From Candidatus Omnitrophota bacterium (GTDB taxonomy: Bacteria; Omnitrophota; Gorgyraeia; Gygaellales; Profunditerraquicolaceae): DNA of 64,000 nucleotides. Under the pieces are notes generated by a model that saw only the letters and a list, made by a program, of their open reading frames with translations, had not been told where the DNA came from and made no database searches. The position numbers were made by a program, and so were the translations under genes. Shown here in pieces: positions 1 to 9,468 of the stretch. Within the stretch, counting starts at the first letter, position 1; every line of letters begins with the position of its first letter. The stretch is from assembly GCA_028710685.1 (NCBI GenBank), contig JAQTTQ010000001.1, positions 1,648-65,647 of the forward strand, read 5' to 3'.

Positions 1-242
1 ACCAGCCTAAGGCAGGGGAAGGTGTTAGTATCGGCGCTTCAGTTTACCTTGCCTCAAGCGGTTGTTTTAATGTAGAGCTGCAGTATCTTTGGTCAGGTGA
101 CCTGGGAGGTGCCCGCCCTGGCATAAGAGACCCCGGAGTAAAGGTTTCTTTTCAAAATCAAGGGACAAAGATTATAGGTTTGGTACTGATTTCGCCATCA
201 GGCATAACCGATTATACTTTTGACCTTGTAGATGTACGCTAG
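1..242 (+). CDS. 3' end of a hypothetical protein (partial; runs off the window start)
   Basis: An open frame (phase 3) runs to a TAG at 240-242. The translation ends ...GTKIIGLVLISPSGITDYTFDLVDVR. I did not recognise a family. Confidence 0.3.
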   Translation, partial: QPKAGEGVSIGASVYLASSGCFNVELQYLWSGDLGGARPGIRDPGVKVSFQNQGTKIIGLVLISPSGITDYTFDLVDVR

Positions 243-284
243 CCTTTTTTGGATTTTACTTTTTCCCTTACCTCTTAAAAATAC

Positions 285-313
285 TTGACTTATAGTTTGT
301 TTAGTAGTATAAG
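285..313 (+). promoter_or_regulatory. sigma70-type promoter upstream of the ROK gene
   Basis: TTGACT (285-290), a 17-nt spacer, then TATAAG (308-313). Confidence 0.5.
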
Positions 314-354
314 TAAACTAGTATATTTTGCCACGGAGAAAAGGATTTTATTTA

Positions 355-1554
355 ATGCATAATATTAACCTCAATAAAGAGGTGTTGAGCGAGAAAGAAA
401 GACGAAATATAGAAATATTAGATATTTTAAGGAAGCGCGGGCCAATAAGCAGGCCTGAGATTTCCAAGGATATGGGGATAAATGTGGTTACCATATCTAA
501 TTATATCGATGATTATATAAAAAATAATTTGGTCTTTGAAAAAGAACTTGATGTTTCAGAAGGCGGCAGGCGTCCGGTCCTTTTGGATTTAAACCCGTCA
601 GCAGGATTTGTAATCGGCGTTGGTTTGAACCTTACCAACATGGTGGGATTATTGGTAGACTTTAAGGGCAATATAATCACCAAGACGCAAGTAGCCCGGC
701 CAGGTTTCTCAGTGAAAGAAATATCCGAGTGCGTTTTGGATATTATCCGCGAAATCCTAAGGCGTTCAAAAGGTTATGCTGCGAATATTAAAGGCATCGG
801 TGTGGGGGTGGCGGGCTTGATTAATAAAGAAACCGGTTCAATACATTGGCCCCAGAAAATGGATCATTATTATACTTATGCCTCTGCAGATGTTCCTCTT
901 AGGGGTTTAATGGAGAGAGAGTTTGATCTGCCCTGTCTTATAGAGAATGATGCTACGAGTGCATGTTTTGGCGAGCATTGGCTGGGATTAGCCCAAGGTT
1001 TTAAGAATATCATTTATATGTTTTCAGGGGTTGGCTGCGGGATAATGATTAATGGGGAAATTTACCGCGGATCCAGGGGATACGCTGGAGAGCTCTCAGT
1101 ATATAATTATAAAGAGCAGGATGCCTTTAGCTGTGAACTGGGAAAGAGTTGTTTTCTCAAGCGTTGGGAGATGGACCTTAATATAGTTGAAGAAGCGGAA
1201 GAGATGTACGTTACGGAGAATAGGAATATAGATAATCTAGATTTAAAGTCTTTCTTTAATCTTGTCCGTTCTAAGGATAAGGTGGCAGAGGTAGTCCTTG
1301 GTAAAGCGGCAAAAAGGCTGGGTATTAAAATAGCCTCTTTAGTTAATTTACTTAATCCTGAGATGGTAGTTATTGGCGGAGGCCTGGAAGAGGCCGGAGA
1401 TGATTTCTTAAAGCAGGTAAGCGCCGCGATTAAAGATTGGGCATTTAGAGAATCAACTGATGGGTTAAGCATCGCTTATTCTCAATTAAGAGAGAATTCG
1501 GTTGCTTTGGGCGCAGCTAGTCTTGTTATGCAGAAGGTTTTTGCCCAGTTATAA
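355..1554 (+). CDS. ROK-family transcriptional regulator (NagC/XylR-like; N-terminal wHTH plus sugar-kinase fold)
   Basis: N-terminal HTH segment ILDILRKRGPISRPEISKDMGI and a ROK glycine-rich segment GIGVGVAGLINKETG. The ORF track starts at a TTG at 328. The ATG at 355 has a GGAGAAAAGGA RBS and sits better relative to the -10 box. Confidence 0.8.
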   Translation: MHNINLNKEVLSEKERRNIEILDILRKRGPISRPEISKDMGINVVTISNYIDDYIKNNLVFEKELDVSEGGRRPVLLDLNPSAGFVIGVGLNLTNMVGLLVDFKGNIITKTQVARPGFSVKEISECVLDIIREILRRSKGYAANIKGIGVGVAGLINKETGSIHWPQKMDHYYTYASADVPLRGLMEREFDLPCLIENDATSACFGEHWLGLAQGFKNIIYMFSGVGCGIMINGEIYRGSRGYAGELSVYNYKEQDAFSCELGKSCFLKRWEMDLNIVEEAEEMYVTENRNIDNLDLKSFFNLVRSKDKVAEVVLGKAAKRLGIKIASLVNLLNPEMVVIGGGLEEAGDDFLKQVSAAIKDWAFRESTDGLSIAYSQLRENSVALGAASLVMQKVFAQL

Positions 1555-1570
1555 ATTATAAGGAGGGTAA

Positions 1571-2725
1571 ATGGAACAGAAGGCAAAATTCATTATAGTC
1601 GGCCTCATAGGGGTTACGGTGGTATGCGCCTTTCTTGTTATACAGTCTTTAGGGATTAAACAGCAGTTAATGCGCGAGAAGGATGAACTTAAGTCCGAGA
1701 ATATAAGTTTAACTGCTAAGATAGATAAGCTCACTGGAAGTTTGCGTAGTTATGAATCAAAGATAAGCTCCTTAAGCAGTGATTTGGAGAAGGCTTATCA
1801 GGAAAAGGCAGAGCTAGATAAAAAGTATGAGATAGCAAATAAAGCCAGGGAAGAATTAGTAGAAAAGTTGAAAGCCCGGGCGCAGCAGCCGCAGGTTGTT
1901 ATCCGGGAGCCGCAGCAAAGCCTTGCTCCTCAGGCTAATGATGCTTATTGGGCGGGTATCCTGAAGGCTAAGACTGATCTTGAGCTTCAGTTGGGCAATG
2001 TTCGCAGCGAATTGAGAAATTTGCAGATTGATAATGAGCAATTACAGCGCGAGAAAGGAAACTTTGAGCTTGAGCTTAATGCCTTAGCGCGGGAGAGGGA
2101 TGATTTAAGCCGGCAGCTGGATTACAATAAAAAATTGTTGGATAGCCTGGCTCAAGAGCTGGTAAGGGAGAAGAATGACAAAACGCAGATTCAGGATAGC
2201 TATAAGATCATCCGTAATGAAAATGCGGTTTTAAGCCGTCAGTTAGCCAGTTTGAATACGCGAAAGACAGATTTAGAGCGCAAGCTGCAGGAGATGGATA
2301 GTGAAAAGAGCACTTTGGCGCGCAGGGTTTCTGAGATGGAGGCTATGCTTTCTGACAGGTTAACTCAAATCAATACCCTTAAAGACGGAATAGGAAGCGT
2401 TAGGGCCTCGGCTGCCAGGGAGGAATCAAGGGATTCCGTTGAGCTGCCGGCCATAGTGGTTAAGCCTAAAGATTCAGCTGCGCCGGGCCAGGAAGAGACC
2501 GGGTCTACCTTAATGGGTAGGGTTATGGCGGTGAACAAAGAAAATAATTTTGTAATTATTGATTTGGGCGAAGAGGCGGGGGTTAAGGTGGGAGATGCCT
2601 TGAGAATTTACCGCAAGGACAAACCTATCGCCAATGTTGAGGTCATACAGGTAAGGCGGAATATTTCTGCATGCGATATTAAGAAGCAGGGCGTAGTAAT
2701 TAAAATCGGTGATACTGTAAGATAA
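1571..2725 (+). CDS. membrane-anchored coiled-coil protein with a small C-terminal beta domain
   Basis: N-terminal TM helix (FIIVGLIGVTVVCAFLVIQ), then about 250 aa of heptad-rich, Q/E/L/K-rich sequence, then a C-terminal ~70-aa globular segment. The RBS AAGGAGGG lies 4 nt upstream. Confidence 0.6.
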   Translation: MEQKAKFIIVGLIGVTVVCAFLVIQSLGIKQQLMREKDELKSENISLTAKIDKLTGSLRSYESKISSLSSDLEKAYQEKAELDKKYEIANKAREELVEKLKARAQQPQVVIREPQQSLAPQANDAYWAGILKAKTDLELQLGNVRSELRNLQIDNEQLQREKGNFELELNALARERDDLSRQLDYNKKLLDSLAQELVREKNDKTQIQDSYKIIRNENAVLSRQLASLNTRKTDLERKLQEMDSEKSTLARRVSEMEAMLSDRLTQINTLKDGIGSVRASAAREESRDSVELPAIVVKPKDSAAPGQEETGSTLMGRVMAVNKENNFVIIDLGEEAGVKVGDALRIYRKDKPIANVEVIQVRRNISACDIKKQGVVIKIGDTVR

Positions 2726-2743
2726 AATAGTATTCATATATAA

Positions 2744-3769
2744 ATGACACGAACTAAAAAAGCTCCCTCCGGGATTATTTCCATTGAAGATGTTGCCAAG
2801 ATGGCCGAGGTATCCATTACTACTGTCTCGCGCGTAATCAATAAGAAGGGCACGGTAAAGGAAAAGAACCGGGTTAAGGTGGCTAATGCCATAAAGGAGC
2901 TTAAGTTTCAGCCTTCGGTATTTGCCCAGAGATTAGCTACGGGCAAGAGCAATGTAGTAGCTTTAATTATCCCGCGCTATGAAGGCGTCTTCTATTCTTT
3001 CTATGCCTTAGAATTAATTCGCGCCACAGGAAACCTTTGTGAGGTATTTAAGCTTGATCTGCTTCTTCATCTAACCGATAGCCATACCCGCAATCCTTTA
3101 AACCTGAGAGGCTTAGGCGGGGTTATGTTCTCCGATATTATCGGCACCCGTTACCAGGTTGAAGAGGCTTTAAATTCCGGTATCCCTACGGTTATAATCA
3201 ATAATTATGTTAAAGATTTGCCGGTCAGCTGTATCGCTATCGACAATGCCGGCGGGGCTGAGAATGCGGTTAATTATTTAATAAGCTCGGGCCACAAAAA
3301 GATTGCCCATATCAGCGGCGATGTGGCCACCCAGGCAGCGGCACTCAGGCTTGAAGGTTATATACAGGCCTTGAAGAAGAATAATATTCCCGTAAAAGAG
3401 GAGTATATATTAAAGACGGATTATTCGCGCGGACAGGCAAGGTCTGCGGCGGAGACCTTACTTAAGATGGCCGATGCCCCTACTGCGGTATTCGTAGCCT
3501 CGGACTCCATGGCCCTTGAGGTTATGACCTTAGCACGCGAAATGGGTAAAAATATCCCCACGGATTTATCTATAGTTGGTTTTGATGATAATCCTTCGGG
3601 GCTTTACGGCCCGGTAGCTCTTACTACGGTAAGGCAGCCTTTGATTAAAATGGCCGAAGAAGGGGTAAAAGAATTAAACCGGCTAATGACCCTGAAAAAA
3701 GGGGCGCAGCCAAGAAAGATTATTCTTCCGACGGAACTAATTATACGGGAATCCTGCCGAAATCTTTAG
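2744..3769 (+). CDS. LacI-family transcriptional regulator
   Basis: N-terminal HTH ISIEDVAKMAEVSITTVSRVINKKG followed by a periplasmic-binding-like sugar-binding fold of the expected length. Confidence 0.85.
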   Translation: MTRTKKAPSGIISIEDVAKMAEVSITTVSRVINKKGTVKEKNRVKVANAIKELKFQPSVFAQRLATGKSNVVALIIPRYEGVFYSFYALELIRATGNLCEVFKLDLLLHLTDSHTRNPLNLRGLGGVMFSDIIGTRYQVEEALNSGIPTVIINNYVKDLPVSCIAIDNAGGAENAVNYLISSGHKKIAHISGDVATQAAALRLEGYIQALKKNNIPVKEEYILKTDYSRGQARSAAETLLKMADAPTAVFVASDSMALEVMTLAREMGKNIPTDLSIVGFDDNPSGLYGPVALTTVRQPLIKMAEEGVKELNRLMTLKKGAQPRKIILPTELIIRESCRNL

Positions 3770-3779
3770 GCACGTCTTT

Positions 3780-3827
3780 ACACAATCAGTTGTATGCCGC
3801 ATGTTTATAAAACACAATATATTGTAA
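3780..3827 (+). promoter_or_regulatory. two NrdR-box-like palindromes upstream of nrdJ
   Basis: ACACAATCAGTTGTAT (3780-3795) and ACACAATATATTGTAA (3812-3827) have centres 32 bp apart. The second has a perfect 12-bp palindromic core. They sit just upstream of a TTGACA(3835-3840)-N17-TTATTA promoter. Confidence 0.55.
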
Positions 3828-3910
3828 TTTTCTGTTGACAAGTAATTATGGGATATGTTATTATTGTTTGTCAAAATTAAACAATCTTTTAATTATTCGG
3901 GGAGAGCATT

Positions 3911-6217
3911 ATGAAATTAGAATTGTCTGACAATGCGTTAAAGGTTTTGGAGAGAAGGTACTTAAAAAAGAATGAGCAGGGCAAGGTTGTAGAGACGCCT
4001 GAGGAGATGTTTAAAAGGGTGGCATCAGCAATCGCTGCAGCCGAGAGGTTATACGGCAAGGATGCAAAGGAGATTAAAAAGTTAGAGGAGGATTTCTACA
4101 ATGTAATGTCTTCTTTGGAGTTTCTCCCTAATTCGCCTTGCCTGATGAATGCGGGTAAAGACTTAGGCCAGTTATCTGCCTGTTTTGTCCTGCCGATAGA
4201 GGACTCCATGGATTCTATATTTGAGAGCCTTAAGGCAACCGCTATGATACACAAAAGTGGGGGAGGGACTGGATTTTCTTTTTCGAGGTTGCGCCCCAAA
4301 AACGCAGTGGTAAAGACTACCGGAGGCATTGCTTCGGGCCCCATATCTTTCATGCGTGTTTATGATGCGGCTACCGAGGCCGTAAAACAGGGAGGGACCA
4401 GGCGCGGGGCTAACATGGGGATATTAAGGGTTGATCATCCGGATATCATGGAGTTTATTACCTGCAAGGATAATAATAAACAGATAACTAATTTTAATAT
4501 ATCTATTGCCATTACCGATGAATTTATGAAGAAGTTGGATAAGGGCGAAGACTACGATTTAATTGATCCGCATACGCATAAACCTGTGCAAAAGATTAAT
4601 TCCAGGGAGGTGTTTGAGTTAATAGTAAAGCAGGCGCATAAAAACGGAGAACCGGGGATTATTTTTATCGACCGGATGAATGAATACAACCCTACCCCGA
4701 GATTAGGCAAGTATGAGTCGACTAACCCCTGCGGCGAACAGGTACTTTTGCCTTATGAAAGCTGCGATTTAGGCTCAATAAATTTAGCGGTAATCTGTAA
4801 GAAAACATCAGGGCGTTATGAGATTAACTGGGATAGGCTTAAAGAGGTCACGCATTCAGCCGTACATTTTCTGGATAACTTAATTGATGAGAATAAATTT
4901 CCTCTTCCTCAGATTGAGAAGGCGACTAAGGCTACGCGTAAAATAGGTTTAGGTGTTATGGGTTGGGCCTCTCTGCTTATCAGGCTTAATATACCTTATA
5001 ATAGCGATGAAGCAGTAGCTCTAGCTGAGAAGATCATGTCTTTTATTTTAAACGAAGCTACCAAAAAGTCTTTGGAGCTGGGTAAATCAAAGGGGACTTT
5101 TCCGGCATTTAAGGGAAGCATATATGACAAAAAGGATGGCTCGCTTAAGATGCGTAACGGAACACTTACTACAATTGCGCCAACCGGCACTATCAGTATT
5201 ATTGCCGGGCCATGCTCATCCGGAATTGAACCCCTCTTTGCCATATCCTATTACCGTAATGTAATGGATAATGACAAATTAGTTGAGGTAGATCCTTTGT
5301 TTGAGGAAGTAGCCAGAGACCGCGGGTTCTACAGCCGTGAATTAATGGAGAAAATCGCCGAAAGCGGTTCGCTAGCCCATATTGAAGGCATACCCGAAGA
5401 TGTAAAAAGGGTATTTGTTACCGCCCATGATATAACCCCGGAATGGCATGTGCGTATGCAGGCGGCATTCCAGAGGTATGTTCATAATGCTACATCCAAG
5501 ACGATTAATTTTCCTCACGATGCCAGCGCAGAGGAGGTCAGGAAAGCCTATCTGTTGGCATATGAATTAGGGTGTAAGGGTATAACCGTCTATCGTGATA
5601 AGAGCAGGGAAGAGCAGGTTTTGAATATCGGCAGTTCTAACGAGGCAAAAGAGAGTAAGGCAGTAGCCCTGCATTTAGATGCCAAGAAAGAGATAGCCCC
5701 TCGTCCCCGCCCGGAAGTCATAATCGGCACGACTACAAAGGTGGCCACCGGTTGCGGCAACCTTTATGTAACTATAAACCTTGATGAAGAAGGCGAGCCC
5801 TTTGAATTATTCACCCAGATGGGTAAGGCCGGAGGATGCGCTGCCTCTCAGCTTGAGGCTATAGGCAGGCTGGTTTCTTTGGGATTTCGCGCAGGGGTAG
5901 AGGTCAAATCTATTATTGAGCAGTTGCGCAATATCCGTTGTCCTTCTCCTTCTTGGGAAAAGGGGCAGCGTATATTCTCTTGCGCTGATGCTATCGCCCG
6001 CGTGATCGAAAGAAGGCTGGTTAATACCCAGGCGGTTAAATCATCCTTAGAGGTCGCCTCTTTAGCGATGAAACATTCCTCTGATGACGAGCCTGTTGTA
6101 ACTGAGATGAGCAATAATCGGGGCGATATTGTGGGAGTCTGCCCGGATTGCGGAGGAGCTCTCCGCCATGAAGAAGGATGCATGAAGTGTTACGCCTGCG
6201 GATTCTCTAAGTGTTAG
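3911..6217 (+). CDS. nrdJ: adenosylcobalamin-dependent (class II) ribonucleoside-diphosphate/triphosphate reductase
   Basis: Typical NrdJ N-terminus (LSDNALKVLERRYLKK) and a 768-aa length. The C-terminal zinc ribbon reads CPDCGG...CMKCYACGFSKC. Confidence 0.9.
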   Translation: MKLELSDNALKVLERRYLKKNEQGKVVETPEEMFKRVASAIAAAERLYGKDAKEIKKLEEDFYNVMSSLEFLPNSPCLMNAGKDLGQLSACFVLPIEDSMDSIFESLKATAMIHKSGGGTGFSFSRLRPKNAVVKTTGGIASGPISFMRVYDAATEAVKQGGTRRGANMGILRVDHPDIMEFITCKDNNKQITNFNISIAITDEFMKKLDKGEDYDLIDPHTHKPVQKINSREVFELIVKQAHKNGEPGIIFIDRMNEYNPTPRLGKYESTNPCGEQVLLPYESCDLGSINLAVICKKTSGRYEINWDRLKEVTHSAVHFLDNLIDENKFPLPQIEKATKATRKIGLGVMGWASLLIRLNIPYNSDEAVALAEKIMSFILNEATKKSLELGKSKGTFPAFKGSIYDKKDGSLKMRNGTLTTIAPTGTISIIAGPCSSGIEPLFAISYYRNVMDNDKLVEVDPLFEEVARDRGFYSRELMEKIAESGSLAHIEGIPEDVKRVFVTAHDITPEWHVRMQAAFQRYVHNATSKTINFPHDASAEEVRKAYLLAYELGCKGITVYRDKSREEQVLNIGSSNEAKESKAVALHLDAKKEIAPRPRPEVIIGTTTKVATGCGNLYVTINLDEEGEPFELFTQMGKAGGCAASQLEAIGRLVSLGFRAGVEVKSIIEQLRNIRCPSPSWEKGQRIFSCADAIARVIERRLVNTQAVKSSLEVASLAMKHSSDDEPVVTEMSNNRGDIVGVCPDCGGALRHEEGCMKCYACGFSKC

Positions 6218-6251
6218 CCTATTGTTTCGAATTAATAGGAGGTAGCCTTAA

Positions 6252-7535
6252 TTGAAGAAAATACTTTATATAGTTTTAGATGGCCTCGGAGATTTACCGA
6301 TAAAGGAATTAGGAAATAAGACTCCTCTTGAGGCGGCGGTGACTCCTAATATGGACCGGCTTGCGCAGTCCGGGAAGACGGGGATTGTTTATACTGTGGG
6401 ACGCGGTATTGCCCCGGAATCAGATATTGCGGTAATCAGTTTGCTGGGATACGATGCGCATAAGTACTATACCGGACGCGGGCCATTGGAATCTTTTGCG
6501 GAAGGATTGGCGGTAAATACCGGGGATGTAGCTTTTAGAGTAAATTTTGCTACTGTTGCTGAAGATGGCAAGACCATAAAAGACCGTCGCGTGGGCAGAA
6601 ATCTTACTACCGAAGAGGCCGCTGCCTTGGCTAAGGAGATAAATTCAAAAGTTACTTTATCCAGCGCTACTTTCGAATTTAAAAGTACAATCGGCCACCG
6701 CGGAATATTGGTTATAAGGGGTATGCATCAGAAGCTATCCGGTTGGATTACTAATACTGATCCGGCATACGGCAGGGAAGGTGTTTTCGGGGTAGCCTTG
6801 GAGAAATTTGATAATACGGTTAGCACCTCTATTCCGATGCCCGGGTATGAGGATGACCTCAGCGCAAAAGAAGCGGCTAAGCTTTTGAATGAATTTACCG
6901 AGAAATCCATAAAGGTCTTAAATGAGTCGGGTATAAATAAAAAGAGGGTGAGTGAGGGTAAGATGCCGGGCAATTTGATACTCTCCCGTGACGCAGGTGA
7001 CCGCCTTCCGAAATTTCCTCCGATAAAAGAAGTTTTTAACCTAAAATTCGGTTCTTTTGTGCAGATGCCGGTAGAGAAGGGGATTGCGCTTTTAACCGGA
7101 ATTGACATTATTGATGTCCCCCAGTCAAGCGGGCATTTAGATGTAGATTATCCTATCTGGGCAAAGATCGCGCTTGATTCGATACAAAAATATGACGGTA
7201 TTTATGTGCACTTGAAGGGCCCGGATGAACCTGCTCATGACGGGGATTTTAGCAAGAAGAAGGAGAGCATTGAAGCCATTGATAAGTATTTTTTTACCAG
7301 CCTTTTATCCCAGCTTGATCTTGCCAATACCATTGTCGCCGTTACTGCCGATCATTCTACGGTCTGCGCGGTTAAGGCGCATACCGCAGATCCTGTTCCG
7401 CTTTTAGTCTGCGGAGGAAATATCAAGGCTGACGGCTCAATGAGTTTTTCGGAACGTTCATCAAGCCTAGGTTCAATCGGGGAGCTCTTGGGCAACCAAA
7501 TATTGCCGTTTTTAATTAATTTTTCAAAACAATAA
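6252..7535 (+). CDS. apgM: cofactor-independent phosphoglycerate mutase, archaeal type
   Basis: N-terminus KKILYIVLDGLGD with a metal-binding phosphatase-like fold. TTG start with a TAGGAGG RBS. Confidence 0.85.
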   Translation: MKKILYIVLDGLGDLPIKELGNKTPLEAAVTPNMDRLAQSGKTGIVYTVGRGIAPESDIAVISLLGYDAHKYYTGRGPLESFAEGLAVNTGDVAFRVNFATVAEDGKTIKDRRVGRNLTTEEAAALAKEINSKVTLSSATFEFKSTIGHRGILVIRGMHQKLSGWITNTDPAYGREGVFGVALEKFDNTVSTSIPMPGYEDDLSAKEAAKLLNEFTEKSIKVLNESGINKKRVSEGKMPGNLILSRDAGDRLPKFPPIKEVFNLKFGSFVQMPVEKGIALLTGIDIIDVPQSSGHLDVDYPIWAKIALDSIQKYDGIYVHLKGPDEPAHDGDFSKKKESIEAIDKYFFTSLLSQLDLANTIVAVTADHSTVCAVKAHTADPVPLLVCGGNIKADGSMSFSERSSSLGSIGELLGNQILPFLINFSKQ

Positions 7536-7549
7536 CCTTATTTTTCAGG

Positions 7550-7582
7550 CGCAGGGCCGGCATATCTTGTCGGCCCTTTTTA
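7550..7582 (+). terminator. intrinsic terminator after apgM
   Basis: A 7-bp stem AGGGCCG/CGGCCCT with an 11-nt loop, followed by TTTTTATTT. Confidence 0.6.
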
Positions 7583-7635
7583 TTTACGGGATAAAAAGTT
7601 ATTTCCGGGTTGATTTTAATGGTATAATTTTTAAT

Positions 7636-9468
7636 ATGGACAAATATGATATTATTGTAATTGGCTCAGGCCATTCCGGGATAGAGGCAGCACTTGCAGG
7701 CTCGCGCATGGGCGCTAGGGTGCTTATGCTGACCTTTGATATTAATTCTATAGGCAGAATGAGCTGTAATCCGGCAATCGGAGGCGTGGGCAAGGGGCAG
7801 CTGGTCCGTGAGATTGATTCTCTTGGAGGAGAGATGGCCCTTGCAGCGGATGCCTGCGGGATACAATTCCGTATACTTAATGCCTCTAAGGGGGCAGCGG
7901 TGCATTCATCGCGTGCTCAAATAGATATGGATATGTACAGTCAGTACATGAAAAAAACAATACTTAGGAATAAGGGGATAGAGGTAAAGGAGGCAGAGGC
8001 TAAGGAGCTGATTGTTGATGACGGTAAGGTTAAGGGTATAATCACCAGTAAGAAAGAGGAGATCCTCTCCTGCTGTGTTGTACTTTGCCCGGGCACCTTT
8101 TTAGGAGGGGTAATCCATGTTGGCCTTAATCATTTCAGCGCAGGCAGGATTGATGAGCCATCAGCAGAAGGATTAGCCGATAATTTAAGGCTGTTTGGAT
8201 TTAATTTACTTAAGTTTAAAACCGGGACCTGCGCGCGACTAGATAAGGATTCTATTGATTATTCAAGGTTGATTGTGCAAGAGGGAGACAGTTTTCCTAA
8301 GCCGTTCTCTTTTTCTACAAAAGCCCTGCCCCAGAGGCAGGTCCCTTGCCATATAACTTATACTAATAAGGTTACGCATAAGATAATATCGGATAACCTG
8401 GATAAGTCTCCTCTTTATGCAGGTGTTATCAAGTCAACCGGTGTACGCTACTGCCCTTCAATCGAAGATAAGATAGTTAAGTTTCCGGATAGGCAGAGGC
8501 ATCAGATATTTTTGGAGCCTCAAGGTTTGAGTACGCAGGAGGTTTATCCTAATGGTATATCAACCAGCCTCCCTGAGGATGTGCAACTTAGGCTGATACA
8601 TTCCATAGAGGGGTTGGAAGAGGCGAGGGTTATCCGTTTTGGTTACGGGATCGAGCATATTGTAGTTGACCCGACGCAATTATTTCCTACCCTGGAAACC
8701 AAGGCTGTAGAGGGGTTGTATTTTGCAGGGCAGATTAATGGGACTACCGGATATGAAGAGGCTGCGGCACAAGGCTTGATTGCCGGAATAAACGCTGCTT
8801 TGAAAATCAAAAAGGAGACTCCTCTTATTTTAGACCGTTCCACCAGCTACATAGGAGTTTTAATAGACGACCTTGTTACTAAGGGTACCAATGAGCCATA
8901 CCGTATGTTTACCTCAAGGGTAGAATACCGCTTGATTCTTCGAGAGGATAATGCGGATATGCGGTTAAGTAAAATAGGCCATAGCATCGGTTTATTAAGT
9001 AAGGAAAGTTATAAGAGGGTTGAAGAAAAGGCGAATGCCATCAGTCAAGGAGCAGCCTTCTTGAAGAAAACCCGGATTAAATCTTTTAACGGGGTTAACC
9101 TGAATAAAGAGGTTACGCTGGAGAAACTGCTCAAAAGGCCAGAGGTAAGATTAAGCGATCTTAAATTTCTTAAGTACGCTGAAATAGAGGGGCTTAAGTT
9201 TGATGTTGCAATGGGCATAGAGATAGAGGTAAAATATAGCGGGTTTATAGAGCGGCAACTAAAGGATGTTGAAAAGTTTAAGCACCTGGAGAAGATCAAG
9301 GTCCCTGAGGGTATAGATTATATGCTGATTTGCGGTCTCTCCCGGGAGATTAAAGAAAAGCTGCATAAATTTAAACCTATCAACCTGGGCCAGGCATCAA
9401 GGATATCAGGAATAACCCCGGCAGCCATATCAATGCTGATGGTTTATTTCAAGAAGATAAATGGATAA
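7636..9468 (+). CDS. mnmG: tRNA uridine 5-carboxymethylaminomethyl modification enzyme MnmG (GidA)
   Basis: FAD-binding segment YDIIVIGSGHSGIEAALA and GidA-family homology throughout. The ORF-track start at 7567 lies inside the upstream terminator. The ATG at 7636 follows an extended -10 (TGgTATAAT, 7620-7628) by about 7 nt. Confidence 0.9.
   Translation: MDKYDIIVIGSGHSGIEAALAGSRMGARVLMLTFDINSIGRMSCNPAIGGVGKGQLVREIDSLGGEMALAADACGIQFRILNASKGAAVHSSRAQIDMDMYSQYMKKTILRNKGIEVKEAEAKELIVDDGKVKGIITSKKEEILSCCVVLCPGTFLGGVIHVGLNHFSAGRIDEPSAEGLADNLRLFGFNLLKFKTGTCARLDKDSIDYSRLIVQEGDSFPKPFSFSTKALPQRQVPCHITYTNKVTHKIISDNLDKSPLYAGVIKSTGVRYCPSIEDKIVKFPDRQRHQIFLEPQGLSTQEVYPNGISTSLPEDVQLRLIHSIEGLEEARVIRFGYGIEHIVVDPTQLFPTLETKAVEGLYFAGQINGTTGYEEAAAQGLIAGINAALKIKKETPLILDRSTSYIGVLIDDLVTKGTNEPYRMFTSRVEYRLILREDNADMRLSKIGHSIGLLSKESYKRVEEKANAISQGAAFLKKTRIKSFNGVNLNKEVTLEKLLKRPEVRLSDLKFLKYAEIEGLKFDVAMGIEIEVKYSGFIERQLKDVEKFKHLEKIKVPEGIDYMLICGLSREIKEKLHKFKPINLGQASRISGITPAAISMLMVYFKKING

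Noticed and set aside
7567-7635. ORF-track start of mnmG at 7567 (also the track starts at 11328 for lrp, 14498 for amt, 16278 for glnN and 48862 for the Gfo/Idh/MocA gene)
   Set aside because: These upstream extensions run through terminator hairpins, the preceding gene or the promoter -35 box. Internal ATGs with an RBS or leaderless promoter context give N-termini matching the protein families.
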